From: Chrysomallon squamiferum
Taxonomy: Eukaryota; Animalia; Mollusca
Length of the DNA: 64,000 nucleotides
NCBI GenBank assembly: GCA_012295275.1
Contig: CM022679.1
Span: 310,001 to 374,000 of the forward strand
Direction of reading: 5' to 3'
This document shows, one piece after another, positions 62,930-64,000 of this stretch. The notes under the pieces were generated by a model. That model was not told where the DNA came from. It saw only the letters and a list, made by a program, of their open reading frames with translations, and made no database searches. Position numbers and translations under genes: made by a program. Positions within the stretch are counted from its first letter, which is position 1; every line of letters begins with the position of its first letter.

Positions 62930-63190
62930 CTTGACGAGTTCGGCTTGGTTGAGCTACAGTACCTTTGGGCAATTAGTACCAGGAAGTGGAAACATCGCGC
63001 CTGCGTAGAGTAGCAACCGAAGAAAAGAAGTAAATAATGGCGGATATATAGGAGAAAAGAAAGGCGAAATTTATCCGCAACATCTTTCGAATATTTAATA
63101 AAATATTAGATGTCTAACGATGTCAATCGATGGATGAAAGTTTTACTTTCCAAAATAAAGTAGTATTATAAAATCTAGTCGGAGGTAGGT
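62930..63190 (+). promoter_or_regulatory. Probable promoter and non-coding first exon of CK1 delta/epsilon
   Basis: Locally CpG-rich. ETS-like CAGGAAGT (~62980), YY1-like AATGGCGG (~63036), donor-like GAG|GTAG and TAG|GTAAG (~63184-63193), and an acceptor tttcag at 63308 just before the ATG. Confidence 0.55.
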
Positions 63191-63313
63191 AAGATGAATT
63201 AAGTGAAAACATAGCTACTGTACAGTGAAGTTTTGTTTATTTAGATAATCCTTCCCAGTGGATCACGTATTCAGTATTTTTATATCACTAATTCTGATTT
63301 GTTTTCAGTTAGA

Positions 63314-63389
63314 ATGGAGCTTCGGGTTGGTAACAAATACCGACTAGGCCGCAAGATTGGAAGCGGATCATTTGGAGACATCTATTTAG
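63314..63389 (+). CDS. CSNK1E: Casein kinase I delta/epsilon (doubletime-like), first coding exon; the gene continues beyond the window
   Basis: [26 protein letters not shown]|GTAAG is the CK1 delta/epsilon N-terminus with its Gly-rich loop. Confidence 0.95.
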
Positions 63390-64000
63390 GTAAGCAGTAT
63401 GTTCTTTATCTTTCTTTTTGACATTTGTCAGCTGTCACTGAAAAAGGAGAGAGAGAGAGAGGAGAAAAAACGAATAACTCTACCATTAAAAAACAAAACA
63501 ATTAAAAACAAGTTAAAAATTAAAATAAAAAATCTAATAATAAAAAGAAGGAAATAAATAATTACAGTTTTACTGTTACTTATTTAGGATTATGGTGATA
63601 AAATATTTTTACATGTATAATATTGATTTATTGTTACTGATCATTTTGGTATGTATAATTTTGAATTAAAATAATGAAAATACAATGTATATGATCTCAT
63701 GTTCACTTTGTTCATATAATTTAATAAATTAAAAATTGATGACATTCAGGAGTGAACTAATCACTGAAGAAAAAAAAAGTATTTAATTGTTAATGTCACA
63801 GAGATGATTGGGAAAAAAATAATTTACAGTTTCAGTGGTAAAAACGTTTTTTGACATATTAAAAAGTTGAATGTATTTCAGTAATTTCATGAATAAAAAT
63901 ATTACACAACACTATAAAGAACAATCTGCATCCTTCAAATCTTGAATTGATTTTAAAAATTGTTTTAGCTGACATATATTTTTTTTAAATCATATTTTCA

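Overview
AT-rich, intron-rich animal genomic DNA, not prokaryotic. A lophotrochozoan such as a mollusc is my inference from gene content and repeat style. Splicing the exons by hand gives nine or ten protein-coding genes: a 2-TM membrane protein cut by the left edge, an intronless 904-aa coiled-coil protein, a C10orf53/UPF0728 homolog head-to-head with NFU1, a secreted three-Kazal-domain inhibitor with two candidate signal-peptide exons, a 2-TM PPxY protein head-to-head with WBP2, YARS2, POLR3D, and the first coding exon of CK1 delta/epsilon. Two DNA-transposon relics have clean target-site duplications: a hAT in NFU1 and a Sola2-like element in YARS2. The most striking pattern is that many tandem arrays are built from the genes' own functional junctions. 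Splice acceptors plus exon start (C10orf53, NFU1, YARS2), exon end plus donor (POLR3D) and stop codons (NFU1, TM gene) are repeated in tandem, giving stacks of decoy or alternative splice sites. All calls are from reading the sequence; no database search was run.
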